Source: Octopus sinensis
Lineage: Eukaryota
Assembly (NCBI RefSeq): GCF_006345805.1
Contig: NW_021835284.1
Coordinates: forward strand, 1 to 40,552
Direction: 5' to 3'
DNA: 40,552 nucleotides
Positions 35,896 through 40,552 of this stretch are shown here, one piece after another. The notes beneath the pieces are model-generated. The model made no database searches. It had not been told where the DNA came from and saw nothing but the letters and a program-made list of their open reading frames with translations. Made by a program: the position numbers and the translations under genes. Position 1 is the stretch's first letter. Every line of letters begins with the position of its first letter.

Positions 35896-36130
35896 TTAGG
35901 TATGATAAAAAAAATTATTCAGACAATTACATAACAAAAACACCAGGACTTACAAATATATATATAACATACAGAAAATTGCACTACTGGGCACTGCACA
36001 CATCCTATGCAAAACACTTTCAGTACAGTAACCATAAGAGCATCACAACAAACTACAGCACATACCCAAGGCACACAGAGCTGCGTTCAGTAGTGAAAGT
36101 GAAAGCATGCTATAAAAATAAAACTACTGA
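35896..36130 (+). mobile_element. 5'-truncated R4/Dong-type LINE 3' end inserted in (TAA)n
   Basis: LGMIKK...TKTPGLTNI..IQKIALLGTAHILCKTLSVQ* (stop 36029-31), then a short 3' UTR; (AAT)n on both sides, the known Dong target. Confidence 0.85.
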
Positions 36131-36133
36131 ATA

Positions 36134-36188
<55 letters not shown>

Positions 36189-36803
36189 CGAAAAAGAACA
36201 AGGAAAATATGAATAAACTATAATTTCTCGCTTATCTCACACACACAATTCCTACAATTTCACAAATTTTATGAAAATTTAATTTGAATCCAAATTGCAT
36301 CCCCGAATAAAAGTTTCCACACGAAATGTCAATGCAACAGGTTAAATGTGACAAAACCATTTAGAAAAATAATATTCAGACAATGGCAAATATTCAGTTA
36401 TGACAAAAGCTGGCACAAAAACTATGACACACCGTTGAAGTTTAGGAGGTGATGGCGGGCATGATAAGAAGAAGAACAAAAACAAACAAAAAGAAAGAAA
36501 AACAAAAACAAACAACCATCAACTATGAAGATGAACAAAACGAAAGCTTCTGTATTTGATGAGTGAAAACGTGTGTGTGTGTGCGTGGATGTATCTATGT
36601 ATATACGCACATGTATATGCAGATATATATATACACATACACATATATATATGCATATATAGGCATGTATTATGTATGTGTGTATATATATATATATGCA
36701 TGCATTATGTATATATATATATATATAGTGTGTATATGTGTGTGTAGATATGCATGTGATTTATATTTACTGATATAAATGTGTGGTCTATATATATGTT
36801 GTG

Positions 36804-36834
<31 letters not shown>

Positions 36835-37029
36835 ATATATGTGTGTGTGTGTATATATATATATATATTACTGATATATAAATATATACCTTTACATTTA
36901 CTGATACATAAATATATATGTATATATATGTATGCATACAAACATGCATATATACAGATACATTATATATATATATATATATACACACACACAAACAAAC
37001 ATACATATATTTGCATACATACAAATATA

Positions 37030-37065
<36 letters not shown>

Positions 37066-37443
37066 TTATGTATCCATAACTATGTGTGCGCATGCGCGCA
37101 CGTTTGTGAGTGGGTGTATGCATGTGCATTCGACACATACATACGCAAATACGTGTGTGTTAGGGACGTACACAAGCATAAAGAAAACATGCGCATTTAC
37201 ACGCATAGATCTAATCACAGCTGCACATCTGCATATATATACACACGCGTAGAATACAATGGATATATATACAAGCATATTTTACAGTACAAAGCATACG
37301 TACACATACAACACAGCCAACACATGTATTTGCACAGCAAACCAACACATACTCACACTTTATATATACACGTGTATATATATATATCCACACACACACC
37401 TACATGCAAATACATAAACTATATATATATTGTATACACGCAT

Positions 37444-37474
<31 letters not shown>

Positions 37475-37555
37475 ATATACACACATTAATGTTTCTAAAT
37501 AGAATTTCTCGAAATTTCATAAAGAACATTACAAGACAAAAGATTACACTACACA

Positions 37556-37854
37556 CTCTCTTTTACTCTTTTACTTGTTTCAGTCATTTGACTGCAGCCA
37601 TGCTGGAGCACCGCCTTCAGTCAACCAAATCGACCCCAGGACTTATTCTTTGTAAGCCTAGTACTTATTCTATCAGTCTCTTTCGCCAAACTACCAAGTT
37701 ATGGGGACGTAAACACACCAGCATTTTTTACCAGATGAATGGACTGGAGCAACGTGAAATAAAGTGTCTTGCTCAAGGACACAACGCGTCGCCCGGAATT
37801 GAACTAGAGACCTTACGGGAGTTGAATGCCCTAACCACTAAGCCACGTGCCTTC
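37556..37854 (-). mobile_element. Chimeric SINE: family D head (37725-37854) joined to family A 3' half (37556-37724)
   Basis: Continuous on one strand; the junction shares ATG. Confidence 0.75.
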
Positions 37855-38076
37855 ACTATATGCACATATATCTAAACATACATACAAACACAAAAATACA
37901 CATATATGTATATAAACATTCACATATATATATATATACATCATCAAACATATAAATATACACAAACATTTATATATATACATGTAGATATTAACATACA
38001 TAAACATCCACATATGTCCTGCATAAATGTATGCATATATTCATATACTCAAGCATTAACATCAATACATACATAC

Positions 38077-38112
<36 letters not shown>

Positions 38113-38564
38113 CTAGCAGCATAGCCCGACGTTGCCCAGGTATGTAAGAGCCCCTAGTAGGCAACGACTAATCCCAATCTAGTCCTTTCCCTCTAGGGAA
38201 CGAAGGCGCATGTGTAGGTTGCAATGTCTTCTCTTCACTCGAATACTTCTGTGTATACGATGTTCCTAGCTGTCCCTTGGGCGAAAAACATGAAAACATC
38301 ATTGCGGCCTCCCAACGCGTGAACAGCCACGTACAGCCCAGAAAATGTGTTGCAGCATATAAAAAGCTTAGATTCTCGACCCCCATGTCGAATTTATCGA
38401 CTTTTTTCAGAACTGGGGGAACTTTTCAAAATTTCTCTGCGTTAGTTTTGAATTATGACATTGGGCTATGTGTGTGTCAAGTTTCATCAGAATCGGTTGA
38501 AAGCCGTGGTCAGGGTGAGGGTACAACCTGACAGACACACAGACAGACAAACTGCCATTTATAT

Positions 38565-38567
<3 letters not shown>
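38113..38567 (-). mobile_element. Complete non-autonomous Helitron, second family, inserted in (TA)n
   Basis: A|TC 5' end, (GTCT)n tract, imperfect subterminal hairpin at 38124-38141, CTAG|T 3' end. Confidence 0.88.
38235..38336 (-). pseudogene. Remnant of the Helitron RepHel (Pif1-like helicase) C-terminus
   Basis: Reads LYVA...FAQGTARNIVYTEVFE*, with CSRVG in the shifted frame right after LYV. Matches helicase motif VI (LYVA.SRV) and the NIVY.EV terminus. Confidence 0.75.
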
Positions 38568-38605
<38 letters not shown>

Positions 38606-39218
38606 CACATACATATATAAACCTCTGCATACCTACATGCAAGTAGAAGCATCTGTTTATATACATGCATAGACATTTGCAAAAATATAGTCACACTGTA
38701 TATACACACGTACGTATGTATGTATGTATAAATTTGGCATTTATCATATGTAAAAGTCGACGGGAGTTTTTCAAAGAATAACAACCAACGATATTGAAAT
38801 AAATTGATTGTACCAAAGCAGTGTGTAGAATATGAATAGACGGTGCGCCTAAGTAAATATTTATAGAAGCAAGTTTGTCATACTTTTGGTCACGATATTT
38901 AAGAGAGTTTGAGCATTATGGGGAGTACAAGTTACAAGAGAATAGAGAGGCTGTTCATTGTCTGTGCAGTGTTTATTCCTTGAGAAATGGTACAGACTTC
39001 TGTTAGGAATATATATATATATACTTGGGTTTCGGTATGAATTTCAGACCCTTTCGAATAAGCATGTTTTTATGTGATAGTAAATGACCAACTGACCTCT
39101 GAGAGCGTAACTTAGAAGCAATGAGAAAATAAAACGATTGATGGGTTTTTGTCATCTGTTTTGCCAAGTCTGAGAATCAAGGGGCAATATCAGATTCCAT
39201 AATCTGAGATGTATACAT

Positions 39219-39250
<32 letters not shown>

Positions 39251-39256
39251 GTATAC

Positions 39257-39666
39257 AGGAGTGGTTGTGTGGTAAGTAGCTTGCTTACCAACCACATGGT
39301 TCCAGGTTCAGTCTAACTGCATGGCACCTTGAGCAAATGTCTTCTACTATGGCCTCAGGCCAACCAAAGTCTTGTGAGTGGATTTGGTAGACAAAAACTG
39401 AAGAAGCCCGTCGTATATATGTATATATATATATATGTGTGTGCGTGTATATGTTTGTATGTCTGTGTTTGTCCCCACAGCATTGCTTGACAACCAATGC
39501 TTGTGTGTTTACGTCCCTGTAACTTAGCGGCTTGGCAAAAGAGACCAATAGAATAAGTACTAGGCTTACAAAGAATAAGTCCTGGGGTCGATTTGCTCGA
39601 CTAAAGGTGGTGCTCCAGCATGGCCGCAGTCAAATGACTGAAACAAGTAAAAGAGAGTAAAGAGTA
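39257..39666 (+). mobile_element. SINE family A, full length
   Basis: Head aggagtggttgtgtggtaag to tail aaagagagtaaagagta; flanked by CA/TA repeats. Confidence 0.95.
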
Positions 39667-39830
39667 CACACACACACACGAGACATTTTACTGGCCACAT
39701 TTGATGATGCTGAGAGAGAGAGAGAGAAAGAGAGTTTACAAATTAATATTAAGGGAGGGTGAAATTTTCCCTTTAATGGCAGAGAACCACTTCGGGGTTT
39801 ATAATTTTTTATTATTTTTAGTATTATTAT

Positions 39831-40203
39831 GGCAGTGAGCTGGTAGAATTGTTAGTGCACCGGGCAAAATGCGTAGCCGTATTTCGTCTGCAGTTACGTT
39901 CTGAGTTCAAATTCCGCCGAGGTCGACTTTGCCTTTCATCCTTTCGGGGTCGATAAATTAAGTACCAGTTACGCACTGGGGTCGATATAATCGACTTAAT
40001 TCGTTTGTCTGTCCTTGTTTGTCCTCTCTGTGTTTAGCCCCTTGTGGGTAGTAAAGAAATAGGTATTTCGTCTGTCTTTACGTTCTGAGTTCAAATTCCA
40101 CCAAGGTCAACTTTGCCTTTCATTTTTTCAGAGTTGATAAATTAAGTACCTGTGAAACATTGGGGTCGATATAATCAACTAGTCCCCTCCCCATAAAATT
40201 TTC
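39831..40203 (+). mobile_element. SINE family B dimer
   Basis: Head plus two modules beginning tatttcgtctg; the final tail is truncated. Confidence 0.92.
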
Positions 40204-40364
40204 GTTTTACCCACAGAGCTTGTAATAATTTTTATTCTGTTTTTATTTCTTTTATTTCAAAAGCATTGAGGACCCAAGATTTCTTCTACTTTGCAAATAA
40301 TTTATTCATGGACAAAAAAAATTAGTAAACTTCACAATGAAATCACAAAAAGAAAATAATAAAA

Positions 40365-40380
40365 ATAATAATAATAATAA

Positions 40381-40411
<31 letters not shown>

Positions 40412-40552
40412 AAGAAGAAGAATAAGAAGAAGAATTGAAGAAGAAGAAGAAGAAGAAGAACTGAAGAAGAAGAAGAAGAATTGAAGAAGAAGAAGAATTG
40501 AAGAAGAAGAAGAATTGAAGAAGAAGAATTGAAGAAGAAGAAGAAGAACTGA
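40365..40552. repeat. (AAT)n then (GAA)n microsatellite with periodic TT/CT interruptions
   Basis: Seen directly; runs off the end of the window. Confidence 0.95.

Overview
This is non-coding eukaryotic DNA, most likely an octopus (coleoid cephalopod) intron or intergenic region. The organism call is from recalled SINE families, not a database search. I find no host exon, and the long ORFs are microsatellite translation artefacts. Most of the window is simple repeats plus mobile elements. These include about 20 copies or fragments of a tRNA-headed SINE with an internal microsatellite (family A), a second modular SINE occurring as monomers, internal multimers and a head-to-tail array (family B), and two further tRNA-SINEs (C, D). 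There are also two complete non-autonomous Helitrons, piggyBac-like MITEs, decayed R4/Dong and RTE LINE ends, and Penelope-like fragments. The best leads are two minimal type I hammerhead ribozyme folds on the minus strand. One has a canonical core (19837-19882). The other has a swapped G3-C8 core, GUGAACA (6317-6367), and overlaps a 25-bp fold-back. Also notable are a nested retrotransposon stack (22.4-25 kb), a Helitron retaining the RepHel C-terminus, and a recombinant D-head/A-tail SINE.
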